A stretch of DNA of 64,000 bases from Bacteriovoracia bacterium (GTDB lineage: Bacteria > Bdellovibrionota > UBA1018 > JBFWNL01), in the NCBI GenBank assembly GCA_050251055.1, contig JBFWNL010000005.1, positions 96,001 through 160,000 on the forward strand. The letters run 5' to 3'. Positions 44,354 through 53,912 of this stretch are shown here, piece after piece. Under the pieces are notes generated by a model. The model did not search any database. It worked only from the letters and a program-made list of their open reading frames with translations, and was not told where the DNA came from. A program made the translations under genes and the position numbers. Positions within the stretch are counted from its first letter, which is position 1. Each line of letters starts with the position of its first letter.

Positions 44354-45973
44354 TTACTTTCCTACGAAGTTGAAGTCGATGGTGGCCGAGGCTCCGCCGG
44401 AAATTTGGAATTCCTGGGTCTGAGTCCCTAAGGATTCATGCCAGGCGGTCAGGGTATAGTTTCCATCCGGCAAGCTAGCGATCCGGAATCCGCCTTTTCC
44501 ATCGCTAACGGCGAAATAAGGATGCGGCACCACGCCGATGAACGAGCTCATCCAGGGATGCACGTCGCACTTTGCGCGGACCATGATCTCAGGCTCGGAG
44601 AAAATCTTTGTCATGCGCATGCCTTGGCTTGGCATCATTTCGTTGAAGGTGGGATTCGTTCCCCCGAGCGTGCGGACGTTGTGGAACACGGGGTCGCTGT
44701 TGAGGAATACCACCTTCTGGCCAACTTGGGCGCCAATGACGTGCGGGTCGTAGATGCAGCCTTTTTGATCGACGATCACCTCTTTTTCCGGAACCGGGTA
44801 GGTCTGGCTTTCGAGACCCCGAGTCACCGCTAGAAAAACGTTTTTGAGCTTCCCGTCCTGCGCGAGCACGGTCGTGCTCGTGGGCGGTTTTCCATTCGGA
44901 GGAACGCAACCGGGTGGGAGCATGATCGGCTGAGGCTCCGGAATCTTGCCGGCGAAGGTGACGGTACCGGAGACGGTGCCGTTTCCGCTCGCGCCAGTGG
45001 GCGCGGACACCGTCGCCGGAGTGGTTGGGTTGGAGGCGTGGCCGCCATCGAAGTTCGCGGCCCGCGGCGCGGTGTACATGAAAAGTCCGACGACCGTGGC
45101 CAGCGATGCCGCGAACGCGAACCGGCTAAAGACAGTTTTGACGTTTAGGAAGTGGCGCACGCCCGCCCCGGCGAGCATGAGGCCGATGAGGATCGTCCAG
45201 TTATAAGGATGCCCATAGGTGCTCGGGAAATGGTTACTCAGCATGATGAAGAGCACGGGGAAAGTCATGTAGTTGTTGTGGATCGAGCGCATCTTCGCCC
45301 GGACGCCCAGGCTATAGTCCGCTTTCTTGCCGGCTTGGGTGGCGGCAATCATCGCGCTTTGGGCCGGAAGAATTCGGACCCAGACATTGACCATCATGAG
45401 CGTGCCCATCAGGGCGCCGACGTGCAGGTACGCCGCTCGGCCACTTAAGGTATGGCAAAGGTAATAAGCAATGCCACAAAGGGCGGCGAAGGATATCGCG
45501 GCCCCGAGCTTAGCGTGGTTCTTGAAGGCATGCGCCCAGAACAAATCGTAGGCGAACCAGCCGACGACTAAGAGGCCTATACCCAAAACGGTCGCCGCTC
45601 CCGCGCTGATGCTAGAGATTCCCGTGTCGACGAGGTAGGCGCCGCCGCTCAGATAGTAGACGATGGCGAGCAAGCAGAAGCCCGTAATCCACGTGAACGT
45701 CGCTTCCCACTTGAACCAATGCAGGACGGGCGGCACCTGTCCGGGCGCGAGATAGCGTTTTTGCACAAGATAGAATCCACCGCTGTGAACCATCCAGAGC
45801 TCACCCGCGACGTTTTCCTTGGCAGGATCGTCTTTGTTTTCTGGAGCAGCGATGTGGCTATCGAGCCACATGAAATAGAAGGAGCTGCCAATCCAAGAAA
45901 TGCCCGCGATGAGGTGTAGCCAGCGGAAGATCAGATTGAGCCATTCGCCCCAGTGCGCGTCGAGTGTGAACAT
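44354..45973 (-). CDS. puuD: PuuD-type urate oxidase membrane domain fused to a cupredoxin-like/carboxypeptidase-regulatory-like domain
   Basis: RWLHLIAGISWIGSSFYF, LWMVHSGGFY, LHWFKWEA, RSIHNNYMTFPVLFIMLSNHFP; C-terminal DQKGCIYDPHV, HNV, CDVHPWM; no CxxCH. Confidence 0.85.
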   Translation of the reverse strand: MFTLDAHWGEWLNLIFRWLHLIAGISWIGSSFYFMWLDSHIAAPENKDDPAKENVAGELWMVHSGGFYLVQKRYLAPGQVPPVLHWFKWEATFTWITGFCLLAIVYYLSGGAYLVDTGISSISAGAATVLGIGLLVVGWFAYDLFWAHAFKNHAKLGAAISFAALCGIAYYLCHTLSGRAAYLHVGALMGTLMMVNVWVRILPAQSAMIAATQAGKKADYSLGVRAKMRSIHNNYMTFPVLFIMLSNHFPSTYGHPYNWTILIGLMLAGAGVRHFLNVKTVFSRFAFAASLATVVGLFMYTAPRAANFDGGHASNPTTPATVSAPTGASGNGTVSGTVTFAGKIPEPQPIMLPPGCVPPNGKPPTSTTVLAQDGKLKNVFLAVTRGLESQTYPVPEKEVIVDQKGCIYDPHVIGAQVGQKVVFLNSDPVFHNVRTLGGTNPTFNEMMPSQGMRMTKIFSEPEIMVRAKCDVHPWMSSFIGVVPHPYFAVSDGKGGFRIASLPDGNYTLTAWHESLGTQTQEFQISGGASATIDFNFVGK

Positions 45974-46007
45974 ATCCGACTCTTCTATTTAAGTTTTATA
46001 GGGAGGT

Positions 46008-46499
46008 CTAGCGGATTTCTTCGAAAACGCCTTTTTTGCGATCCTTACGGACGTTGTTCCACTTGAAGTAGCGTCCGTTCATCGCGACGTAGACGCCGGG
46101 GGGGAGGGTTTGCGCAAACGCTAGCGCGCTGCCCAAATTGAAGAGGCCGTCCGAGCTGCCAAACTTATAGGGGACCATGGCGCCGGTCATGACGATCGTC
46201 TTATCTTTGATTGCGGGACCCAAGACGCGCGCGGTCTGGTCCATCGTGTCGGTCCCGTGCGTGATCACGATGCGCTTGGCCTTCGCTCGCTTGCACTCGC
46301 GCAGGATCTTCGCGCGACTCAAGTCTGTCATATCCAGGCTATCGATCATCATGAGCGTGCTGACCTTCACGGTAAGGCGTGAGCGTCCCAGCTTGAGCAT
46401 TTCCGGAACGTGGGTTTCCTTGAAGAAAAGCCGGCCTTGGATTTCTTGGTATTCCTTGTCGAAGGTGCCGCCGGTGACGAAGATTTGCAGTTGAGCCAT
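46008..46499 (-). CDS. Short single-domain L-asparaginase-like protein
   Basis: TGGTFDK, HGTDTM, TGAMVP, SDGLFNLG; 163 aa with no C-terminal domain. Confidence 0.88.
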   Translation of the reverse strand: MAQLQIFVTGGTFDKEYQEIQGRLFFKETHVPEMLKLGRSRLTVKVSTLMMIDSLDMTDLSRAKILRECKRAKAKRIVITHGTDTMDQTARVLGPAIKDKTIVMTGAMVPYKFGSSDGLFNLGSALAFAQTLPPGVYVAMNGRYFKWNNVRKDRKKGVFEEIR

Positions 46500-46520
46500 A
46501 CTTTGGTTTTAAAGCCCTGC

Positions 46521-47258
46521 CTAAGGCTTGTCTATGGGGTTATTGGAGGGGGCGTCGAGCAATCGGTCGACAAACTTCGGCACTTCCCGTCCCGCCGGCC
46601 CCAGCACGTGTTCGTCAAAGGCGTTCGACATCATGGAAGGTTCGAGGTTGATCTCCACCCGCCGGGCGCGGCGTGGGGTTTCGTGCACGAAGCCGGCGGC
46701 AGGGTAGACGTTGCCCGAAGTTCCGATCGAGAGAAAGAGATCGCATTCGGCGACGGCTTTGAAGATGAGATCCATTTCGAAGGGCATTTCTCCAAACCAC
46801 ACGATGTGGGGGCGCAGGGCTCCCGGCTTTTTACAGCAAGGGCAGGGGGTGTGTTGGTCGAGGTCTTCCCGCCACGGTAGATCTTTTTCCGTGTGCCGGC
46901 AGCGCGCGCGTAAGAGTTCGCCATGCATGTGGAGGACGCCGTGGCTTCCCGCCCGTTCGTGCAGGTCGTCCACGTTTTGGGTCACTAGCAGAAAACTACT
47001 GCGCCACTCGCGTTGGAGATGCGCGAGCGCCAAGTGCGCGGGATTGGGTGTCACCTCCGGCGAAAGCAGCTGTTTTCTCCGGGCGTTGTAAAAGGCTTGG
47101 ACCAGTTGGGGATTACGCGCGAATCCCTCCGGGGTCGCGACATCTTCGATGCGGTGATCTTCCCAGAGCCCGTTCTGGTCCCGGAAAGTGCGGATGCCCG
47201 ACTCGGCCGAGATCCCGGCTCCGGTGAGAATGACGATCGAAGGGGCCCGAGGTGTCAT
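46521..47258 (-). CDS. cobB: NAD-dependent protein deacylase (sirtuin)
   Basis: GAGISAESGIRTFR, TQNVDDLHERAG, HMHGEL, RPHIVWFGE, GTSGNVYPAA. Confidence 0.95.
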   Translation of the reverse strand: MTPRAPSIVILTGAGISAESGIRTFRDQNGLWEDHRIEDVATPEGFARNPQLVQAFYNARRKQLLSPEVTPNPAHLALAHLQREWRSSFLLVTQNVDDLHERAGSHGVLHMHGELLRARCRHTEKDLPWREDLDQHTPCPCCKKPGALRPHIVWFGEMPFEMDLIFKAVAECDLFLSIGTSGNVYPAAGFVHETPRRARRVEINLEPSMMSNAFDEHVLGPAGREVPKFVDRLLDAPSNNPIDKP

Positions 47259-47914
47259 GTCTCTAGCTCCAGGGCGGGAACTGCGAGTGATTCATTCGGT
47301 TGAAGGCCCATCGCCGCCGCGGCCGAGGGATCGGTGAATTCAAGCTTGCGGGCACGCAGCGCGATCGTGTCGGCGCGGATCGCGATTTTCGATCCGTAAA
47401 GCGAGTCGCCTACGATCGGGTAGCCGTTATGACTGAGGTGGAAGCGGATTTGATGGCCGCGACCCGTGAGCGGTTCAATTTCCCAGTGCAGGGCCGTGGT
47501 GTTCGCGACAGTCCGCTCGCCCAGGTAGTGCGCCAGGGTGATGCTGGATTTGCCGTGCGGAGTCTCGTACGCGCGTTTTTTTCCCCGCAAGATTTTGGAT
47601 TCCCAGCGTGCTTCAGGGGTCGGGGGCGCCATGCCCGCCGTAAAAGCCTCGTAGAATTTTCTCACGGCGCGGGACTCAAACGCCATCGAGGCCGCCCGGT
47701 GGGCATCCGGCGTCTTGGCGAAGAGAATCAGACCTGAAACTTCAAAATCCAAACGGTGCACGGGCCAAATTTTTTGGCCGAGGACTTTTTCCAATTCCGT
47801 ATGCAGGCACGGGCGAGGATCCTGATCCGGCATCCGGCTTGCCACGCTCAACATGCCCGCCGGTTTATCGACGGCGACGATGGCGGCGTTCTGCCGGGTG
47901 AGGGTAAATTTCAT
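47255..47914 (-). CDS. RluA-family pseudouridine synthase
   Basis: VDKPAG, VHRLDFEVSG, TGRGHQIR, PIVGDSLYG; likely start 47914, coupled to the upstream stop (TAATG). Confidence 0.92.
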   Translation of the reverse strand: MKFTLTRQNAAIVAVDKPAGMLSVASRMPDQDPRPCLHTELEKVLGQKIWPVHRLDFEVSGLILFAKTPDAHRAASMAFESRAVRKFYEAFTAGMAPPTPEARWESKILRGKKRAYETPHGKSSITLAHYLGERTVANTTALHWEIEPLTGRGHQIRFHLSHNGYPIVGDSLYGSKIAIRADTIALRARKLEFTDPSAAAAMGLQPNESLAVPALELET

Positions 47915-48639
47915 TAAATCACTCCTACCATCATTAGGACCGCGGTGACGGCAAGCATCGCGGCGATGACTCGGTCCATGGCTTCGCGACTCACGGAGGG
48001 GAGCCAGGTTTTTCCGGCAAATGTTCCCAGGAGCGCTCCGCTCGCGCCTATCGCCAGATGGGCCCGGTGAAGCGCGAGAAAATCCGGCGTTAGGTAAGAG
48101 ATGTACACCGGGATGCGCACCCCATCGACCGCGCAAGCGATGGCGGCGGTCGTGGCGATAAACCCCTCCTTAGTGAGCGGTGTCTTTTTCAGAAAGAGCG
48201 TGCGAAGCGCGCCCTGATGTCCAGAAATTCCTCCGAAGAAGCCGCTCAATGCGCCGCCAAAGGATAGGTACTTCGTGGAAACCTGCCAACGTCGTAGTGG
48301 CGGTAGAATCTCTAGTGCGACAAAAGCCAGGATCAAGACCGCAATCGAGAGCTTGGCTTCCCGTTCACCTAAATGACCCAGGAGCGCCGCTCCACCAATT
48401 GCCGCCGGCAGCGAAGGCAAGCCGAAGCGGATCAGAATGCTTCGATCGACGTAGGAAAGAGTGAAAGCGAGTTTAAAAACCTTGCTGAGAAAGTGGACCA
48501 AAGCCGTCAAGGCCACCGCGGCGGGCAAGGGCAGGAAGTACGCGAACGCGGGCATGAGAATGGATCCCAGTCCAAAACCTGAATAAAAAGCGAGGAGGGC
48601 CGCTCCGAAAGAAACGACGGCAATGATGAGGTAGTCCAC
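47914..48639 (-). CDS. TauE/SafE (TSUP) family membrane protein
   Basis: SGFGLG and GFFGGISGHQG motifs; about 8 TM segments. Confidence 0.82.
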   Translation of the reverse strand: MDYLIIAVVSFGAALLAFYSGFGLGSILMPAFAYFLPLPAAVALTALVHFLSKVFKLAFTLSYVDRSILIRFGLPSLPAAIGGAALLGHLGEREAKLSIAVLILAFVALEILPPLRRWQVSTKYLSFGGALSGFFGGISGHQGALRTLFLKKTPLTKEGFIATTAAIACAVDGVRIPVYISYLTPDFLALHRAHLAIGASGALLGTFAGKTWLPSVSREAMDRVIAAMLAVTAVLMMVGVI

Positions 48640-48677
48640 GCCTCCTATCTTCGCTGAAATATGCTAAGGTTGGCCAC

Positions 48678-49163
48678 ATGAAAGAAACGGCGATTTTGGC
48701 GGGCGGCTGCTTCTGGGGGATGGAAGACATCCTGCGGAAGCTGCCCGGCGTCTTTGACACCGAGGTCGGCTACACGGGAGGGCAAACCCCGAACCCACGC
48801 TATCCAGACGTCAAGCAGGGCAATACGGGGCATGCCGAGGCGATTCGGATTGAGTTTGATCCGGCTGAAATCTCTTTCGAGGAGCTGTTGGGGGTGTTTT
48901 TTCGTATGCACGACCCGACGACGCCCAATCGCCAGGGAAATGATTTGGGTAGCCAATACCGTTCGGCGATATTCTATACTTCGGAGGCGCAGCGCGAGAC
49001 CGCGGCGCGTGTGAAGGCCGCCGTGGACCGATCGGGGAAATGGAAGCGCCCCGTGGTGACGGAGATCTCGCCGGCAGTCGAGTTCTTTAGCGCCGAAGAC
49101 TACCATCAGGATTACCTGGAGAAGAATCCGGGTGGCTACACCTGTCACTTTTTGCGCGACTAA
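48678..49163 (+). CDS. msrA: Peptide methionine-S-sulfoxide reductase, cytoplasmic
   Basis: GGCFWG, GHAEA, QYRSAIF, AEDYHQDY, GYTCH. Confidence 0.95.
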   Translation: MKETAILAGGCFWGMEDILRKLPGVFDTEVGYTGGQTPNPRYPDVKQGNTGHAEAIRIEFDPAEISFEELLGVFFRMHDPTTPNRQGNDLGSQYRSAIFYTSEAQRETAARVKAAVDRSGKWKRPVVTEISPAVEFFSAEDYHQDYLEKNPGGYTCHFLRD

Positions 49164-49172
49164 AGGGATTCT

Positions 49173-49802
49173 ATGGGACACAAATTCAGTTTGGGATCAG
49201 GTTGGATCGGAGTGGCCGCGTTGGCAGCCGCGTTTACCGCCGGTGCCGCCGAGCGGAAGGTGAAGCCCATGCCCAACCCGAAGCCGGTACCGCCGATAAC
49301 GGAGGATGCACGTTTGAAGGATTTCAAGAAACCCAGTTTGGACGAACTCAAAAAAAAGCTTTCGCCGATGCAATGCGAAGTCACCCAAAACGACGCGACC
49401 GAGCGGCCGTTTCATAACGAGTACTGGGACAACAAGCGGCCCGGGATATACGTCGACGTGGTTTCTGGCGAAGCGCTGTTTAGCTCCGTCGATAAGTACG
49501 ATTCCGGCAGCGGTTGGCCGAGCTTCACCCAGCCGCTTGAAGGCGAGAATATCCAGAAGAAAGACGACCACAAGCTTGGGATGAAGCGCATCGAAGTGCG
49601 CTCCAAACACGCCGACTCGCATCTGGGGCACGTATTTGACGATGGACCCGGCCCGACGGGCCTGCGCTATTGCATCAATTCTGCGTCCCTGCGCTTTATT
49701 CCGCTCGAGAACCTCGAAGCCGAAGGCTACGGAAAGTATCGAAAGCTCTTCGATCCCGGCTCGAAAGCCCCGGACCCGAAAAGCAAGGGGAAGGCGAAGT
49801 GA
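49173..49802 (+). CDS. msrB: Peptide methionine-R-sulfoxide reductase, exported
   Basis: [29 protein letters not shown]; signal peptide. Confidence 0.95.
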   Translation: MGHKFSLGSGWIGVAALAAAFTAGAAERKVKPMPNPKPVPPITEDARLKDFKKPSLDELKKKLSPMQCEVTQNDATERPFHNEYWDNKRPGIYVDVVSGEALFSSVDKYDSGSGWPSFTQPLEGENIQKKDDHKLGMKRIEVRSKHADSHLGHVFDDGPGPTGLRYCINSASLRFIPLENLEAEGYGKYRKLFDPGSKAPDPKSKGKAK

Positions 49803-50461
49803 ATCGGGGTGTGCTGACTTTTGCTTTGCGGGCCGCCGTGGTTTTTTGGATCGGCGGAATCGCTTCTTCTTTCGTGACGGCAGCGCCGAAGTCCACCTCG
49901 AAGGCCCCTTCGGCTGGCATATTCGAGCGGGCCACCTTCGCCGGTGGTTGCTTTTGGTGCATGGAGTCCCCCTTTGATAAGCTGCCCGGCGTGAAGTCCG
50001 TCGTCGTGGGTTACACGGGCGGAAAAACCAAAGATCCGACCTATAAAGAAGTCTCCGGTGGAAGCACGGGCCACGCGGAAGCCGTCCAGATCACGTTCGA
50101 TCCCCAACGCATTAGTTACCTCGAGCTCTTGGATGTTTATTGGCGGAACGTGGATCCCACGGCGGTTGACCGACAGTTCGTCGACGTGGGAACTCAGTAT
50201 CGCACCGCGATCTTCTATCACACAGAGAAACAAAAGCGCGAGGCGCTCGATTCCAAAGCACGTCTAGAGAATCTGGGCAAATTCAAAGGAAAAGTCGTCA
50301 CCGAAATCACCGCGGCCTCGGTCTTTTATCCGGCGGAAAGCTATCATCAGGGCTACTACAAGAAGAATCCCCTCGAATACGAGCGCTATCGCAAAGGCTC
50401 GGGCCGGGATGCTTTTCTGGATGGGGTCTGGGGCTCAGAACAGAGGAAGGCCCACCCGTGA
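49799..50461 (+). CDS. msrA: Second MsrA, exported
   Basis: GGCFWC, GHAEA, QYRTAIF, AESYHQ; GTG 49799 overlaps the msrB stop; signal-like N-terminus. Confidence 0.93.
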   Translation: MNRGVLTFALRAAVVFWIGGIASSFVTAAPKSTSKAPSAGIFERATFAGGCFWCMESPFDKLPGVKSVVVGYTGGKTKDPTYKEVSGGSTGHAEAVQITFDPQRISYLELLDVYWRNVDPTAVDRQFVDVGTQYRTAIFYHTEKQKREALDSKARLENLGKFKGKVVTEITAASVFYPAESYHQGYYKKNPLEYERYRKGSGRDAFLDGVWGSEQRKAHP

Positions 50462-51159
50462 TCGAGATTCGCCGCTCCGACGAACGCGGGCGCTTTGACC
50501 ACGGCTGGCTCAAGAGCTATCACACGTTTTCTTTCGCCGATTATTTCGATCGGAGTTGGATGCATTTTCGTCATCTGCGGGTGATCAACGAAGACTTTGT
50601 CGAGCCCGGCCAGGGATTTCCCACTCATCCCCACCAGGACATGGAGATCATTACTTATATCTTGGACGGGGCGCTCGCCCACAAAGACAGCATGGGAAAC
50701 GGCTCCACGATTCTCCCCGGGGAGATCCAATATATGTCGGCGGGCAGCGGCGTGACTCATAGCGAGTTCAATCCCTCGCCCACCGAAGGCGTGCACTTAT
50801 TGCAGATCTGGATCTTTCCTTGGGAAAAAGGGCTGACGCCCCGTTACGACCAGCGCAAGTTCGAGGTAGGTCCCCAGTTCAAATGCCTGGTGTCTCCGGA
50901 TAATTCCGATCGCCGTCCGGATTCGGTGCCGATCCGACAGGACGCCTACATTTATGCCGCGCGCCTGAAGCAAGGGGAGAAGGTGACCCAAAAATTAGAC
51001 GGGAAGAGATTCGCTTGGCTGCAAGTTGCCCGGGGGGAGATCACGTTAAATGGCAAGCGCCTGGAAGCCGGGGATGCGGCGGGCCTTACCGCGGAGTTGT
51101 CCGTGGACGTACAAGGTGTTTCGGACCACTCCGAAGTCGTACTCTTTGATCTGAACTGA
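50458..51159 (+). CDS. Pirin-family protein (YhhW-like)
   Basis: GWLKSYHTFSFA, HPHQDMEI, HKDSMGN, HSEFN, LQIWI. Confidence 0.93.
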   Translation: MIEIRRSDERGRFDHGWLKSYHTFSFADYFDRSWMHFRHLRVINEDFVEPGQGFPTHPHQDMEIITYILDGALAHKDSMGNGSTILPGEIQYMSAGSGVTHSEFNPSPTEGVHLLQIWIFPWEKGLTPRYDQRKFEVGPQFKCLVSPDNSDRRPDSVPIRQDAYIYAARLKQGEKVTQKLDGKRFAWLQVARGEITLNGKRLEAGDAAGLTAELSVDVQGVSDHSEVVLFDLN

Positions 51160-51171
51160 TATCCTGTTCGC

Positions 51172-51621
51172 ATGAGCTTTGAGGGAATGGCGCCCGAAAC
51201 ACCGGGCCAAACGACTCGGACCGTCGATGTAAACGTCTTCGACTCTTCCATGAACGGTACGCCGGGCGTGGCGACGGTCCAAGAGTGGAATTCCACGCAG
51301 GCGTTCGTCCGCGGGTTCAAGCGCTCCGCTCGCATCGTGATCATGATTTTCGTCATTATGCTCCCGCTCGCCGTGATCGAGCCCTTCCTATTCATGATCT
51401 GGGGGTCGGCGATTTCGGCCCTGCTTATCTTTATTGTCGGCCCCTTTCTCCATATGAAGTACTGGAGTGAGCGCGCGACCTTTCTGCATGTGGAGAGCAG
51501 TTGTCCTTACTGCAAGGTGGAGGGAAGGCTCACTCCGTTTCTGAGCACGGCCTTCGTGCGCGAAGGGTTCACGGCGCTGTGTCCGGCTTGTGGGCAAACG
51601 GTGAGGGTGGTCGGGAGGTAG
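51172..51621 (+). CDS. Membrane protein with a C-terminal zinc-ribbon-like 2xCxxC
   Basis: Two TM segments followed by CPYC...CPAC. Confidence 0.65.
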   Translation: MSFEGMAPETPGQTTRTVDVNVFDSSMNGTPGVATVQEWNSTQAFVRGFKRSARIVIMIFVIMLPLAVIEPFLFMIWGSAISALLIFIVGPFLHMKYWSERATFLHVESSCPYCKVEGRLTPFLSTAFVREGFTALCPACGQTVRVVGR

Positions 51622-51625
51622 GGAT

Positions 51626-52492
51626 CTACTTCGATTTCACCACGGGATGCGATAGCGGGAAAAACTGAAAATTCGCCTGGTACACCTTGGGCGACTTGAG
51701 TTCATCACGTGCGACTACATCCATGATTTGATCCCGTAGATTGCGGATCATTTCCTTGATCTGCGCGCAGGCCTCTTCCGAGGCGAGGATCGTGATCGAC
51801 GAGATATCGCGCTCGGGTTTAGGGATGCGATCGATCGCTTCACCTGCCAAGCGCAGCATATGCCGATGATACTGGGCGATGGCCGCGGAAGTCACCTCGT
51901 CGCTCGTCATGAGCGCACCGGTATTTTGCCGCAGCTGGCCCTTTGGATCGCGCTGCAGGATTCCCAGCGCCAAAAGATCCTTCAGGGCTTTTTTTGCGTC
52001 CTCCGTGGAAATGGGTGGGTTCATCTGGCGCGCGATCCAGGCGGGATCTTCGCGGAAGCCCGGAGCGCCCACCAGCTCGCGAATCGGGATCAGGAACCAC
52101 TGAGAGTAATACTGGTATTGAGCGTCATTGAGCGGGTGCATCCGCTTGTACTTCTCGCTTTGCAGCAGCTCGCTCGCATGGTGCTCTTTCTGCACGGTGT
52201 TTTTTGATTGGTTGAAATTCACAAGGTTGCGGAAAAATGCGGATTCCGCCCGGCTGAGTTTCAGCGCGCGCGCCACCTTGGTCACGCCCTGGGGCGATAG
52301 GTTGCGTTTCCCTTCCATCACCAGTTTGAAAAAATTCGGCGAGGCAAACCCGCCGCGTTTGGCGAGGAAGCGAAACGAGAATTCCGGCCGCACAGCTTTC
52401 ATCTGCTGATAGTAGTCGCGAAGGTATTGCCGGTAATCGGCGTAGCCGAAGATAACGGGGGTCGCGTGAGTTTTAGAAGATGCTTTGGCCAC
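51626..52492 (-). CDS. TIGR02147/DUF4423-family protein
   Basis: YADYRQYLRD, FSFR, GKRNLS, YYSQW...IRELV, ERDISS, VYQANFQFFPLS. Confidence 0.88.
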   Translation of the reverse strand: MAKASSKTHATPVIFGYADYRQYLRDYYQQMKAVRPEFSFRFLAKRGGFASPNFFKLVMEGKRNLSPQGVTKVARALKLSRAESAFFRNLVNFNQSKNTVQKEHHASELLQSEKYKRMHPLNDAQYQYYSQWFLIPIRELVGAPGFREDPAWIARQMNPPISTEDAKKALKDLLALGILQRDPKGQLRQNTGALMTSDEVTSAAIAQYHRHMLRLAGEAIDRIPKPERDISSITILASEEACAQIKEMIRNLRDQIMDVVARDELKSPKVYQANFQFFPLSHPVVKSK

Positions 52493-52545
52493 CTACTTGA
52501 GTATACGGCCAGAATACGAAACCGCAACCAGGTTACGGAGCGGGT

Positions 52546-53832
52546 CTAGCGTCGACCGCCGCCGCTACGGGGGCCCCGGCCACCACGTCCGCCACGTCCA
52601 CCGCGTGCGCCGCCGCCACCGCGCCCACCTCGGCCCCCCCGTTCGGCGGGGCGGGAATTCAGAGCTTCGGGGTTCAAGGAGTCGCGGAATTCCGCGGGAA
52701 TGGGTTTGCCGAGCATGCGCTCGATTTCGCGGATCGAGCCGCGATCACGCAAGGTTGCAAATGTAGTCGCGCGGCCGGTTTCTCCCTTGCGACCCGTGCG
52801 GCCGATGCGATGGATGTAATCTTCGGGTTCCATGGGCAGGTCGTAGTTTACGACGTGCGCCACGCTGTCGACGTGAATGCCGCGACCGGCGACGTCGGTG
52901 GCGATCAGGATGCGGTACTTTCCTTCTTTGAATTCCGCGAGCGCCTGCTCACGGTATTTTTGGAGGCGGTCGGAATGGATTTGGGTCGCGTCGTAGATGC
53001 CGCGGCTATGCAGGGAGCGCCAAAGGTGGCTGGCGCCGTCTTTCGAGCGGGTGAAGACGATGATCGTACCTTTTTCCTCACGCATCACGCGCGAGAGCTC
53101 GCGGTTCTTGGATTCTTCCTTCATCCAGATCAGCCGCTGGTCGACGGTAGGGGCGCTGGAAGTCGGCTTGCCGATGGCGACGCGCTTGGGCTCGTACATG
53201 ATCTTCGCCGCCAGGCGTTCCACGGAAGGCGGAAATGTCGCCGAAAATACCATGGTTTGGCGCTCCGGTGGGACGGCCATCATGATGCGGGAGAGCTGAT
53301 CGGCGAAACCCATGTCGAGCATGCGATCGGCTTCGTCGAGCACCACCATCTGGATGAAGTCGAGCCAGATATTGCCGCGCTCTAGGTGATCACAAAGCCG
53401 CCCGGGAGTGGCGACGATGATCTGCGGATAGGTAGCCAGCGCTGCGGCATCTTGGCGCATATCGACGCCGCCAATGAGCACGGCCGAACGCACGCCTCGG
53501 GGCGTGCCAAAAATTTCGAGGGTCGCTTGGGTTTGCTGCGCGATCTCACGCGTGGGCGCCAAGATCAATCCGTACGTGCCTTCCTTGCCCACGAAGCGCT
53601 CCACCATGGGAAGCACGAAGCTGGCGGTTTTTCCGGTTCCGGTCTGCGCCGAGGCGATGAGGTCATGATGGTCGAGTGACAGGGGAATCGTTTGCGCTTG
53701 CACCGGCGTGGGATACTGGAAGCCAGCTTTCTCAATGAGCTTCAGAGTTTCGGATGACAAGCCGAGTTCAGCCCACGTAGCGCGCGGCGCTTCTGGGGCG
53801 GGTGTCGGTTCAGGGGTGATCGTGTCAGACAT
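52546..53832 (-). CDS. DEAD-box RNA helicase with an RGG tail
   Basis: AQTGTGKT, PTRE, TPGR, DEAD, SAT, HRIGRTGR. Confidence 0.95.
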   Translation of the reverse strand: MSDTITPEPTPAPEAPRATWAELGLSSETLKLIEKAGFQYPTPVQAQTIPLSLDHHDLIASAQTGTGKTASFVLPMVERFVGKEGTYGLILAPTREIAQQTQATLEIFGTPRGVRSAVLIGGVDMRQDAAALATYPQIIVATPGRLCDHLERGNIWLDFIQMVVLDEADRMLDMGFADQLSRIMMAVPPERQTMVFSATFPPSVERLAAKIMYEPKRVAIGKPTSSAPTVDQRLIWMKEESKNRELSRVMREEKGTIIVFTRSKDGASHLWRSLHSRGIYDATQIHSDRLQKYREQALAEFKEGKYRILIATDVAGRGIHVDSVAHVVNYDLPMEPEDYIHRIGRTGRKGETGRATTFATLRDRGSIREIERMLGKPIPAEFRDSLNPEALNSRPAERGGRGGRGGGGARGGRGGRGGRGPRSGGGRR

Positions 53833-53912
53833 TGAGCTTCTGTTTACCCAAAAACATATAAAAACCGTAGGAAAATCCCCCGGGGGTGCGTCATCTACGG
53901 TATGATTCCTCC

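Noticed and set aside
47915-48136. N-terminal extensions in the ORF track (RluA from 48136; also MsrA2 from 49670, kbl from 38813, thioesterase from 3783)
   Set aside because: Most overlap neighbouring genes, and downstream starts with an RBS or stop/start coupling fit the family lengths better.
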